Below are positions 1 to 11,700 of a stretch of 64,000 bases of DNA, piece by piece. This stretch comes from Penicillus capitatus (taxonomy: Eukaryota; Plantae; Chlorophyta): NCBI GenBank assembly GCA_965649825.1, contig OZ287697.1:1412351-1476350 (forward strand), in the 5' to 3' direction. The position numbers were made by a program, and so were the translations under genes. Every line of letters begins with the position of its first letter. The first letter of the stretch is position 1. The notes beneath the pieces are model-generated. The model searched no databases. It was not told the origin of the DNA and was given only the letters and a program-made list of their open reading frames with translations.

Positions 1-2596
1 ACCTCGCTGATGGATAACAGAGCAAGGTCGGCAGGTGGTGCTATCTTTATTGACACAGTTGCTGGTCTCCGGCTGAACTGCTCAGATAGATCGAAAGAGG
101 AGGAACTGCAATTCTTTTCGAAAGAACAGTGGATGTCTATGAGGCGCCTGGTATCTATCTACGACATCTGCCCATCCTGGAAAAACAACACAGCTGAGAG
201 ATATGGACGGGATGTGGCGACCTCCGCATTCGGTATGCGGAAGGAGATTGCTGATGAACAGACAGGATTGCCGCGTTCGGTGAACGGAAATAATTACACC
301 ATACACAACCACAGAAGCGGAAAACCAATTCCCGTGATCAGTCTAACACTAGTGGATGAGCTCGGACAAGGCCCGGTTGTTGGGGAGAACAACGAGACCA
401 TCAAGGCTGTGATGTCTTCGCCGGATGGATTCTTTACTGGAAGTGTTAGCAGGCCTCTGGGCATCGAAAGCGCGAATTTCAATGCCACTGGCTTCGTAAA
501 GCCTGGAGTGTACAAAGTTAAGATTGAGTTCGAAGGAACAGACCTGGAGAGCTTCGAGATCACTGTGGAGGTTAAGCCGTGTGAAATGGGTGAAGTTCCT
601 TCTGGAAACGGGACGTTCTGTGAATCTTGCAACGCTGTCTCTTTTAATTTTTCTCCGGAAGAGGATCTGGAATGCCATCCGTGTCCAGAGAATGGAGACT
701 GTAGCAGTCAAGTCATCCTGCCAAACAAAGGGTATTGGCATCGAACTCCTTGCTCGGAGCGCGTCCAAAGATGTCTGACAACAGAAGCGTGTGACAGTGA
801 CAATCGTGAGGACGAGTTAGCAGAACTCACACAAGATGTGGAATCCTGTGACTTTAATGAACAGTACCTGCAGAACTACACAGAGGCGCAGTGCAGAGAG
901 GTGCGCTTCAAGTTTGACTGAAAACTGCTATCAAGTGTCGTTGGGATTTCAGGGGCATGAAGGGGCACTATGTGGATCCTGCAAGGAATCTTACGGCAAG
1001 TCCCACTCTCATCTTTGCGAAGAATGTCGATCAGATGCTGCTGATGTCGTCTTAGTCGTTCTGTCATTTCTTGTCTTATTAGGCTTATCCAGCATCACCA
1101 TCAGAAGTAACCTCATCTCTGTGTCTTCATCGCAGCAGGGACAGCAAAGGCAAACTACTCCTCAGTTTTCGGCTGCCTCCACCAGCACCCACACAGTTCC
1201 AGCAGAGAGGAGAATAGAATTGGCAGTCATGAAAGATATCACAGAAGAAGGCTCGACTTCTGATCGCAGTCAAGAAGCTGGTACTGGTCAGCCTTCTAAA
1301 GATGCAGAGCTCTCCAAATGGAAGGCAATTGAGCTCTTAAAGGTAACTCTTTCCTCTGTCACATGTTGTGTCCATTCATTATGACTGTTCTGCAGATTAC
1401 AGTGAACTTTTTGCAGGTCACAGCCATAGCTGTGGCAATCGATGCTCAGTGGACATTCGCATTAATCGCACTTTTCCGTACTGCAGGTAAGTAAACAACG
1501 ACTCTGCACGAAAGTTTCTGAACATGTCGTCTGTGATGCAGAGTTCGTTAGTGCCATCACATCGGAAGCCGTCAATCGTTCTGTCGACTGCCTTATCCCA
1601 GCAGGAACGCATCTGCAGCGATCAGTCGCCAGTACACTGGTAGATGCATCGCAGCCGATTGCATGCATCCTTGTCTTTATCGTTTTCTGGCTGGCGATCA
1701 AGATCAGACGTCGCAAGTCATGGATGTATCTGGTGAGGGAGTGTGTCCTCAGCACCCTCGTCGTCTTTTACGTCAGTTACATCTCCATCACCAAGACACT
1801 CATCAACATCTTTAACTGTGTCGAAGTCCACGATTCAGCAACAGTTGGAATCGATGAGACAACAAACTACTGGGCAGTGGACACCGGCGTCGAGTGCTAC
1901 GAGGGATCCCATGCCGCACTGGCCTATCTGTTGGCGTGGCCATTCCTCGTCATCTTTACTTTTGGATTTCCACTCTCTGTCGCATTCCTCGTCGCAAAGA
2001 AGGTTAAAGAAGACTACAAGGAAGGCTGGATATACGAAGTCAGCGGCTTCGTCTATCGATCCTACAGCAAAAGATACATATTCTGGGAATCGGTGATCAT
2101 GATCAGGAAAGCCCTTCTCGCCATCGTGGTCGTCTTCTCCTACGAACTGGGATTCAACGTTCAAGCTGTTCTGGCCTCCTTCGTCCTGATCATGGCCCTC
2201 TACTTTCAAATGAATTGTCGTCCTTACCGTAAAGAGTTCGATCATCTCAATGACGTTGAGAGTCTCTCCATCTTGATTTCTTCTTTCACGTTCATTTGCA
2301 GCATCTTCTTTGGCATCGGTTACGTCTCTGATGAGGTTCGTGTGCTCATCAGCGTTCTCTTATGCTTTGCAAACGTCCTGTTCTTTTTCTACCTGCTCAC
2401 TCTTTTTACTGTCTTCGGAGCCAAGTACCTGAAAACAGTGCTGGTTAGAGAAGGAATTCATCACTCTCCAGCAGACGGCACCTTTCGCATTCTCGGTGCC
2501 TATTTTATCAACTATCTATTCACTGATGTGAAGGATGCCATGGTGAGATGGGTGAATCATGGAAAATCTCGTCGCTATCTCCGTTCTGAAGTTTGA
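1..2596 (+). CDS. R1: Pmp-like beta-helix / Cys-rich / multi-pass membrane receptor-like protein, 5' part outside the window
   Basis: Exons <1-900, 953-1342, 1396-1486, 1542-2596 (TGA). GT-AG introns 901-952, 1343-1395 and 1487-1541 join AQCRE|GHEGALCGSC, ELLK|ITVNFLQ and TA|EFVS in frame. Contains Ig-like, Cys-rich (CHPCPENGDC, GYWH) and membrane segments. C-terminus is RSEV. Confidence 0.92.
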
Positions 2597-4063
2597 AGTG
2601 GCTTCATCATGTTTCACATGTCGATTTGTGGGGGAATGAAGAAAAGAGATCGAAGTTCTCTACCCTTCATCGTATCGACGATGTCGGGTATCTAAAGGGG
2701 ACAGAAATTGTTATCGAACATGAATTTAAACAGAAGCGTCTCATTTTTTGCGGATTAGCCTTTCCATCGTCGTCTTCGATTCGCTGAGATCACTGACTAC
2801 TTGATGCGGAATGCATAGGAAGAATGCTTCATTTCCAACGGTGCATCTCGATCCAGATTCGGACACCTGCAGAACGCAGCAGGATACAAAGGCTGCATCG
2901 TCTATTCGGATTCTCTCTGGACAGAGAGAGATCACCTTCACCTGTCCACACCGACAACTTCTGTGTCGTCGCAAACATTTCTTGGTGCATGTCTAACGGC
3001 AGAGATTCGAATGTTGCCTCCAAAACGCAAAAGTGTGATAAAGTGTGAGAACGTTTACGACATCGGCACAGAGCTGTGTCGTCGAAGGACTCGCCCAAAG
3101 GCAGCAGCATCATCCGTCTGGCAAACTCCGAAGGAACGGACGCAATGTCAGCCGCAGATTCAGTAAGAGAGCTCCTATGTCACACAATCTGTGAAGGAAG
3201 ATTCGACTCGGCGGCTCGTACACGGGCGCGTTCTCTCTCATGGGACGTCGCGCAAAGCACATGAGAGCGTGTTGAGTTTCTGAGAAATTAAGTACCATAC
3301 AAGCCGCAAAACGTCTGCGCGAACATCTGCGATGGGATTACTCTGTGTGAAGACAAAGAACGGAGCGGACCTATAGAGAGAGGGCAGCTGAACAGTGACG
3401 ATATTCTTTGGTTGAGACTCTTTACTGAGCGTCTCGTTCTTCGAAGTCGGGGTAGTCGTCGTCTGCATGTCGCCTGCGACGTCATTTTGAAGGAAACGGT
3501 TCCGTGGCCAAGGAGGAGCACTTGCAGACGCAGCTCTGTGTCGACTGTTTCAGCGTTCGAAAAGCGAAGGCTTATGGCAAATGGCCTGCTACATACAACA
3601 CGACACTGAGAAGCTAACTCTTACCTGGACATCGAATCACTGGAGTCCTCTGTTCAGGCTTAGGCAGGAAATGCATGACATCGCCGACTTCATCGTTCAC
3701 GTCCGAGTTCTGGTGAGAGACGATTCGGCAGCTCTGGCCGCAAGCTGTAGGGGACACCTGTCTGTGATGTGCAGGACTTGGGATGTATCACCTTCTTGTG
3801 TGCTTACCATATGCGAATCTTCGTTGGCGGTTCTTACTGTGAAGTGAGATAGAGTCACACTTTCAGAATGTGTGACTCGGTGCATAAAGATTTCGAGCGC
3901 ACGAGCAGGAAAGGATGGCATTCAACTCCTAATGTAATGCAGTCTCTTACATCTCACACATTCATCTCGACAAGCAGTTGGCTAGTGATTGACAATCGTT
4001 GTCTTATGAACACTTTCGTTTAAATAAAAACATTAACGAACGCAAAGGTGTTCAGATATGCAC

Positions 4064-7000
4064 TTAGTGACTTGCACACCTAGTGGGATTCATGGTGACC
4101 GAGGTTCTGTGGCGGCCACTGTTGCGGCGACGACACAGAGAAAGAAAACTCTGTTTGAACAGGACAAAGATGTGATCGGTTACGTAGACTCTGATAATGT
4201 GATGTGGTCCTGAACGGGGATCGAATGCCACGCCCTCGTTGACCAATGTCATCCTCAAGTATGTGGCACCAAAGCTGAAGAAACAACAGAGAAAACAGAA
4301 CAGCAGCGCGCCGTTGGACAGGACAACAACCAGTGTCACCAGGACTCGAACGACTGAGGAGACTCTGTCTTCGCTGAAGAAGATGCTCGAGACAAAGGTC
4401 AGCGAGGAAACAAGAATAGAGGCTCCCTCCATTTCGTTCAGGACGTCAAGATCGTGGCGGTATGGACGGCAGACTATCTGCACGTACAGGGCGAGAATCA
4501 GGACGAACACTGCGAGAACCTGCTGCAGATCGGCGCCAAGCGGGTAAGAGAAAACAACAACGACGGCCAGAATGGCCTTGCGGAGCAGGATGATCGATTC
4601 CCAGAAAATGTACTTCTTCTCGTACGATCGGTAAAGGAAACCGGCAACGTCGTAGACCCATCCCTCTTTGTAGTCTTCCTTGACGTTGCAAACGGTGAGG
4701 TGACCAATGACGGCGGGAAAGCCGAAAGTGAAGACGACCAAGAACGGCCATCCCAGGACACCTGCCAGGACTGCGTGGGATCCCTCGTAGCACTTGATCG
4801 CGGTGTCGACCGACCAGTAATCCGTCGTGTGGTCGACGCCGACGGAGACTGAGTCGTGGACTCTGATGCAGCTGAGGATGTTGACGAGAGACTTGCTCAG
4901 CGAGATGTAGCTGATGTAGAAGATGACGAGGGCACTCAGGATAACCTTCTTCAGCAGATAGATCCACGTCTTCTGGCACCAGGTCTTGATCGTGAACCAA
5001 AAGATGGCGTAGACGAGGATGGCGGCGAGGGGCTGGAAGATGTCGACCAGAGTGCTTCCGATGGATCGTTCGATCGAGGCAGTCGAAGGAATGATGCAGT
5101 CCACGGAACGATTGACGGCTTCGGACGTGATGCCACTGACGAACTCTGCAGAGAACACAGCGCATTCATCGACTGTTTGATGCCACGGTGATCCCTTACC
5201 GGCGGCTTCGAACATGGCGATGATGGCGAGTGTCCACTCGACGTTGACAGCAATGGCAATTGCCGTCACCTGAAGAAAGTTCACCGTTATCTGTACGACA
5301 GCCCAGAATTTCACTCATTCAGAGTGAGATGGATGGGCAGATAGGACCTTGAACATCTCGACTGCTTTCCATTTGGCGAGTTCTGCATCTTCAAGGCTCC
5401 GGTTAGGATCGTTCTCTTGTTCCTGGTCGTTTCTTTGTTCGGGATCGATTCTGTGATCGTATCGAGAATTCAGAAACTTGCTTGGTACGTGCCCAGTGAC
5501 CATCATCTCTACCATCTGTTCATTGACCGGAACCGAACGCGTACTTGCAGATGCGAGAGCTGGCTGAGAAGCGGATTCTTCTGGCGGCCAAGGCGATGCA
5601 GCAGCAGCGGCAGGAGTTCGATTGCTTCTGACTGTGAAGCTTGACAGTCCCATCAGTACAAGAAAGGAGACGAAGATCAGAGCGTAGTTGCCGAATCCCG
5701 AGAAGCACTTCTCGCAGAGGAAGGAGTGCGTCTTTCCGTAAGACTCCTTGCACGAACCGCAGAGAGGTCCATCGTGTCCCTGTGGTACAACTTGTCTGAG
5801 AAGCTGAGATGACATCCAGACTCACCTCTCTGCACTGCGCCTCTGCGTAGTTCTCGAGCGATTCCTCGTCGAAGTCGCAGCTCTCCACGTCTTTTGTCGC
5901 TTCTATCATATCTTGCTGCCTGTCTTCAAAGTCGCAGCCGTCGGATGCGAGACACCTCTGGATGTGTTCTGAGCACGGTGTCTTATGCCAGTATCCTTTC
6001 TTCGGCAGAATCACTCGGGTCTCGCAATTCCCGTTCTCGGGACACGGATGGCAGGCCAGGTCGTCGTCAGGATGGAAGCTGAAAGTCGATGTCGTGCAGG
6101 GCTCGCAGAAGGTGCCGTTTCCCGATGGCACCTCGCCCATGTCGCAGCTCTTCACTTCGACGGTGATCTCCATACTGTTGATCTGCTCTTGGTCAAATTC
6201 GACGACGACCTTGTAGGTGCCAGGCGTCGCAAACCCGGTGGCGGTGAGATGCACAAGATCCAGGTTCAATGGCACCCCGACGCTCCCATCAAATAAGCCA
6301 TCTGGTGAAGACATCACGGCGAAAACCTCTCTGCTGCCCACTCCAACAGCAGGACCTTGGCCAAAATCATCAACAGCTCTCAGTGTAATCGTGGAAAGCG
6401 GCGTGCCACTCTTGTGGTTGCGTATGACAAAGGCGTCTTCGTTCACCTGTATCACGTCTTCCTCTTTCTCACTGAGTATGTTCGTCTGGACGCTGGACAG
6501 AAAAGATGCAACTTCTGGACCATATCTGCGGGCAGTGTTGCCCGATATAGCTGGACAGATATCCTCGGAGAATTCGAGGCCCATAAGCGACTCCATTTGC
6601 TTCCTTGAATAGAATTCCGGTCCTTCGCTAGACGCCTGGGCCGCACACTGAACTCGCATGACTGCCGCCCTGTCGACGATGATTCCTCCGCCAACTGCTT
6701 CTGCTTCGTTCGTTGAGAAAGAAGAGTTGATGACGGCAACAACGCCGCAGATGTCTCCTTGTCTCGGTGAGCAGTTCTCATGTACCGCTTGCTCCTCTTT
6801 GGCAATATGGAGCCCACCTACGCGATAGAATGATCGATTACTTCCCCTGTGTTGGCATGTTGAGGATACCTCCGTACACTGCCGAGTTGTTCACCACAGT
6901 GCTTCCCTGCAGCTGCAACGCAAGTGATCGGGGATCGGTGTACTCGAGAAAGATCGCTCCTCCGCGTGTTGCAATGTTGTCTCGCATTGTGCAGTTGACG

Positions 7001-10000
7001 CACAGAATGCGCGACGCGGATCTACCCGCGATGGCACCCCCGTCCTTCTCCGCTGTGCAGTGAGACGCAGTCAGATTCTTCGCCCTGACATCGGACTCTG
7101 ACAACGCAATGGCACCTCCATCGACATCGGCACTTCCGTTGAACATCGACGTCGACTCAACGAATATTACGCTCCTCTTCTCGGCACTGACAAAGCCGCC
7201 GCTTTCGGAGACCTTTCCGTCAGCGATTTCCAGGTCACTGATGTTCAGCATCGATTCGGAGAGGAAGAAACTGCCACCTCGCTCGGCTGTGCCATCTGTC
7301 AAGCTGCTGGATGTGATACTCAGGGATGAAGCCTTCATGTGGCAGTGTCCTCCGGATTCTGCAGCACGGTTGCCGGCAAATGTAACGTTCGCCAGACTAC
7401 CAGTGGAATTCCTTCGCAGATCGAGAGCTCCACCAAACTCGGCAGTGTTGTTGCTGATGTGCGCGTCCGTGATGTTGACGGCGCTTGGCTCTGTGGAGAA
7501 CAATCCACCTCCGTTGCTGGCAGCATTGTTCCCTGCGAGAAGCAGTCTGCTGGCAGTGAGAGTGCTCCGAGATATCTCGATGCCACCTCCCTTGTCATCT
7601 GCATGACCGGCTGTGATACTGACATTTGTCAACACAGCAGATGCATGCTCTGTCAGTCGCAGTCCGCCACCGTCCTTCGATGCCCAACAGTCTTGAATGC
7701 TTGTATTCAGCAGTGTGAGATTTCCATCGCTGCCATCGATGCATCCACCCAATCGGGCAGTCCCATTCTCTAGTGACGAATCACTGATCACCAGAAGACT
7801 GTTCTTTCTCGCGTATATGAAGCCACCAGTCTCACAACGGCTGTGCTTGAAAATACATCGACTCAGGATGAATGTGGCCTGCTCAGTATATAGTGCGCCA
7901 CCACTGTACGTGCCCCAATTGTCGATGAAAGTAACGTTTACTAGAGTATCGTTGTCGCTGAAACCTTGCATTATGGCACCACCACTTAAGGCGGCAGAAT
8001 TGTTCCTGAAAAGAGAATTGGTGATGGTCATGTTCTCCAAACCGACAGCATAGATGCCTCCGCCTGATTCAACGACGGCATTGTTCTCAAAAACCAATTC
8101 ATCTCCAGAAATCGTTGATGTAGTTGCTAAGAAGCCCCCTCCAAAATCTGCTTGATTTGCTAGAAAGCGTGTAGAAGTCATGACAGCTGTTCCCGAAAGG
8201 GTCACCCTGACGGCGCCTCCGACATGCCCAGCTTGGCACTCTTGCAAGGTTACGTTGTAAACAGTGACTGTTCCCATCTCGCAGTCCACGCAGCCGCCTA
8301 ACCTTGCAGTGCCATTTCTGAAGACAGACTGTCTGACGTCGACGTACGATCCTCCTTCTTTGATCTCCAGACATCCGCCACTCTCTTCTGCTCTTCCGTT
8401 GCTGAAGACGCACCGCCTGATGGTGGCATTCGATTCGGAGACGTGCACGGATCCTCCCTCAAAAGATGCGGAATTCTTAGTGAAGCTGACGTCGACGAAA
8501 ACGCCAACAGAATTCGTCGAAAGCCTGACGGCCCCTCCCCTCACAGCCGAGTTGTTGCGGAAGAGCGAATCTCTGATGGACAGTTCCGACTCCACGGCGT
8601 ACACGGCGCTTCCATTGTTGTCTGCCAGATTCAGTCCGTCGCCGACGATCTGCGACTCCGTGATGTAGAGTCCCGCTCCTTGTTCTGCCGATCCTTTGTC
8701 GATGCGGCATCTTCGGATGTCGAGTCTGGATTCCTTGGCGTGAACTGCGCCGCCAGACGTCGATGCGTTGTTCTGGTCGAACTCGCAGTCGGAGAGATTG
8801 GCCGTGAAGGCCAGATCCAGATAGAGAACGCCGCCGACGTCGGCTGTGTTCTTTCTGAAAGTGCTATCTGCGACGGCGACGTCAGATTCGGAGGCGACCA
8901 GCACTCCGCCCGAACTGTTGGCCCTGTTGGCGACGAATCGGCATGACTGGATGACGGCAGAGCTAGCCGCTCGAAGACTCAAGGCGCCGCCCTCTCTTGC
9001 TTCGTTCCGTCTGAATGTGTCGTTCGCCAAGGACACGTTCGAACTTGTTGCTGAGATGGTGGATCCAGTCGTGCAAGCATTCTCTTCGAAACGAGTGTCC
9101 CGGACGGATGCAGATGCACTCGACAGTCGAATGCATGGAGTGGCAGCGTCCGCCACGGACATGTTGACTGTATTCCGGACGAAGGAAGCGTTGGACAGAC
9201 CCAACGATCCACTCTCGACTTGAAGGATGGGACACGCGTTCTCTGCAGCGTCCATGCGCTCGATGGATGTCTCTGAACCGTCTGACCCGCGGAACACTAC
9301 CGTACTGGCCTTGGCGGAGTCCGACAGACGGTTCTGCCGAACTCGGATGTTTTCCAGTTGGTTCCGACGGGACAGCGTCACACCACAGTGACCGCCACAC
9401 TCGTTGTCGGAGAATTCGAAGTCCAACAGCTCCAGTCCGGAGCAGGAAGGACTCAACATGGCGAGAGCAGCAGCATCGATCACGGTGTTCCGCTCGAAGC
9501 TGACGTGCTGAAGCTGGATGACGCCTTGCGTTCTGTCAGACTGGCACTGCTCCACTTCGACGATACCTCTAGACCCGGAAGAACCTCTCAGAGAGCAGTT
9601 CTCGAATCTGAGGTTGGCAAGAAGAACACTTCTGGATCTGTACAGAAACGGAGTGTCAAGGTCGCCTTCGCGTGAAGGCTGTTAAGCTTACTTAACAAGG
9701 AAGACGCCTTCTCTGTCGCCTGGACATGTGATGGACGCTTTCCGCGGGGCTCTCGGATAGAGACCCTCCACACTCCGAGTCCTGCCCGTCGCTGCGCTGA
9801 TCGTCACATTCCACGGGATGATGACTGTAGCTGCTGGCTGGATGGCCACAGTGACGTCGAAGACGAGCGTATCTCCTTCTGTCGTACAGTTAACGATGAC
9901 TTGGAGGTCGTTGTCAATCGTCTCAAGAACTGCGTCGTCGATACGCCAAGTACGCGTCGATGTGTCGAGATACCGACGCACCTCGCTTCTGCTCAAAGCG

Positions 10001-10325
10001 CACGCATACTCTGAGCGGATTCACAGACCAAGTTCTCAGTCCCTTGGGACGCATCCGCAGTTTGTGGCTCACCCGGATTTGAACTGTCGGCGTCGTTTTG
10101 CAGCAATTGTTTCCCGAGACGCTGTTCTCCGATGACGAAATCTCCGTCCGCCGACCGAGACGCCGCCATGCGCGAAGAGTCACCGAACCCGTCAATGCCG
10201 TTTTCGGTCCTCTCCGACGCGGGTCGGTTACGGTCCGAAGGCACAGTCATTTCGGTAGTGGCGTATAGCGAAGGCTGAAATGGCACGAGACAGAAGACGG
10301 AAAGAAACCGCAGTAAAGTGGCCAT
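4064..10325 (-). CDS. R2: Pmp-like beta-helix multi-pass membrane receptor-like protein, 1978 aa (YPLG subtype)
   Basis: Exons 10325-10073, 10010-9692, 9637-6870, 6817-5826, 5779-5348, 5290-5200, 5145-4064 sum to 5937 nt. All six introns are GT-AG (46-62 nt) at positions shared with paralogs. Signal peptide MATLLRFLSVFCLVPF, many FxxN...GGA(V/L/I) repeats and NxS/T sequons, TAA stop. Confidence 0.93.
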
Positions 10326-10429
10326 GGCAATAAGCGCAATGTCCGTTTCCCCGACAGTGAGCTCTCGGGCATAAGAAGCTTTGACGGTTGTCTGCAGGTT
10401 CTACCCATCGCCAACACTCCGCCTTATCT

Positions 10430-11700
10430 TGGAAGCTGGCTGATATCAACGGACAGTGAGTATCATTGATTGGTTCTCATTTCCTTCTGTGCGTCGGATT
10501 CGATGGTTTCTTCTGCGACCGCAGGAAGAGTTTGCGTCCCTAGTATTCTAGTGGTCACTTCTCAGCGACGACAGCGCGATGAGAAGAGTCGGGACAGAAG
10601 AAGCGAATCCTGGGCTTGACACGCGGACAGAACAAACCGAGCGTGACGCGACGGACGTGATCGACTCCATCGCGCGGCAGCTGCCCATCGGCCGAGCTTC
10701 CGCATCCCTGCCTCCTTTGCTTCTAGGACGATGCCTTTCACGTAACGGAGATTCCATTCGCAAGCTCACTTTCCCATCGGATTTGACAGAGCAATTTCCC
10801 ATGACACGAATGGTCCAGTGTCTGCGCTCTGCAGGAGCAGGTTAGATGTGACTGAAAACGATTCTCTGTCTCTCCGTCGCGGCTGATACTCGGCAACGCA
10901 TACTGAATGAATCTATCGAGGTTCACTGCCACTATTATTATGCATCTTCATCAAGAAAGCAGAGCTTGAATGGAGATGAGAGAAGCTCCATGACACGGAC
11001 AGGTAAGAACAGACCCCTTCCTGCCAGTCACGTCATTTTATCAGAAGTAATCTAAGCGAAGTGGAGAAGATCAAAAACAAGTCTTTTTGCAGCTGAAGTA
11101 TTCTGTCGGAGAACGTGATCAAAAGAAAGGCATAGTGTTCGGAGAGGTGATCTGCATGACTGGCTGGGATGACACCACATCAATGACATTGCAAAGACGA
11201 TCTCCAAATAGATTTACAACCTTCTAGCTCGCGGCACCGTACACTTCATGTTACCAATCGAGTTGCAGAAAGGTGCACCGATGGCCTTTGACAAGCTCGA
11301 CCGTAGACAATATCGTATTTGACTGTAGATACGCTTCCGTCTCATGTGTTCGTTCTTGCGCGCCTCGTACGAGAACAGGTCGCAGAGAGAACAGACGGAA
11401 GGCCGAGCTCCGGGAAAAGGAAGAATATCTCGCTTCATCCGAAGGCAGAGACTCCCTCGCTGTCATCTTCTTAGGAGAGAGATCCTACCTATTGCGGTGA
11501 CGTCAGAAGATCCTGCTGTCACGAGTGAGAGACGAGAAGTGGCAGTACCAGTCGACTGCATACTTCCGAATCGAAAGCAGACCTCAAAAGACGGCATACA
11601 TAGCATGCTCAGCAGCACATAAGAAATCGAATGGGCTGCGGTCTATAAAAGCTGATGTGAGAGAATACGGTCTTTGGTGTCTTGACTGAATATCATGTCT
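10430..11700 (+). pseudogene. Decayed multi-exon gene of unknown family upstream of R2 (second copy ~34200-35330)
   Basis: Differences between the two copies look mostly synonymous in a + frame (TEQ.PMTR.VQCLRS...LKTI.CLSVAADTRQR.LN). Intron-like GTAAG..CAG is conserved at 11003-11044 and 34770-34810. Each copy has different premature stops. Confidence 0.5.

Noticed and set aside
2920-2996. ITFTCP...FLV peptide in the spacer resembling the cap-exon end of the family
   Set aside because: The surrounding sequence does not align to the cap exon, and a substitution between the duplicate copies is synonymous in a different frame. It is probably coincidence.
5300-5850. Adhesion-GPCR GAIN/GPS autoproteolysis site before the first membrane segment
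   Set aside because: No C-x-C-x-HL(T/S)-x-F-like motif is present in any paralog, and the membrane domain seems to have about nine rather than seven hydrophobic segments.
9993-10072. Apparent frameshift between the signal-peptide ORF and the cap ORF in R2 and R2' (also R4 and R5)
   Set aside because: A GT-AG intron at the same position in all paralogs (62 nt here) restores the frame, so there is no need for programmed frameshifting or pseudogene status.
11498-11505. TGACGTCA and other TGACG/ACGTCA motifs in intergenic DNA (11029, 23652, 36379, 56891, 58702) as bZIP sites
   Set aside because: These 5-8-mers are expected by chance at this density and show no consistent spacing from start codons.
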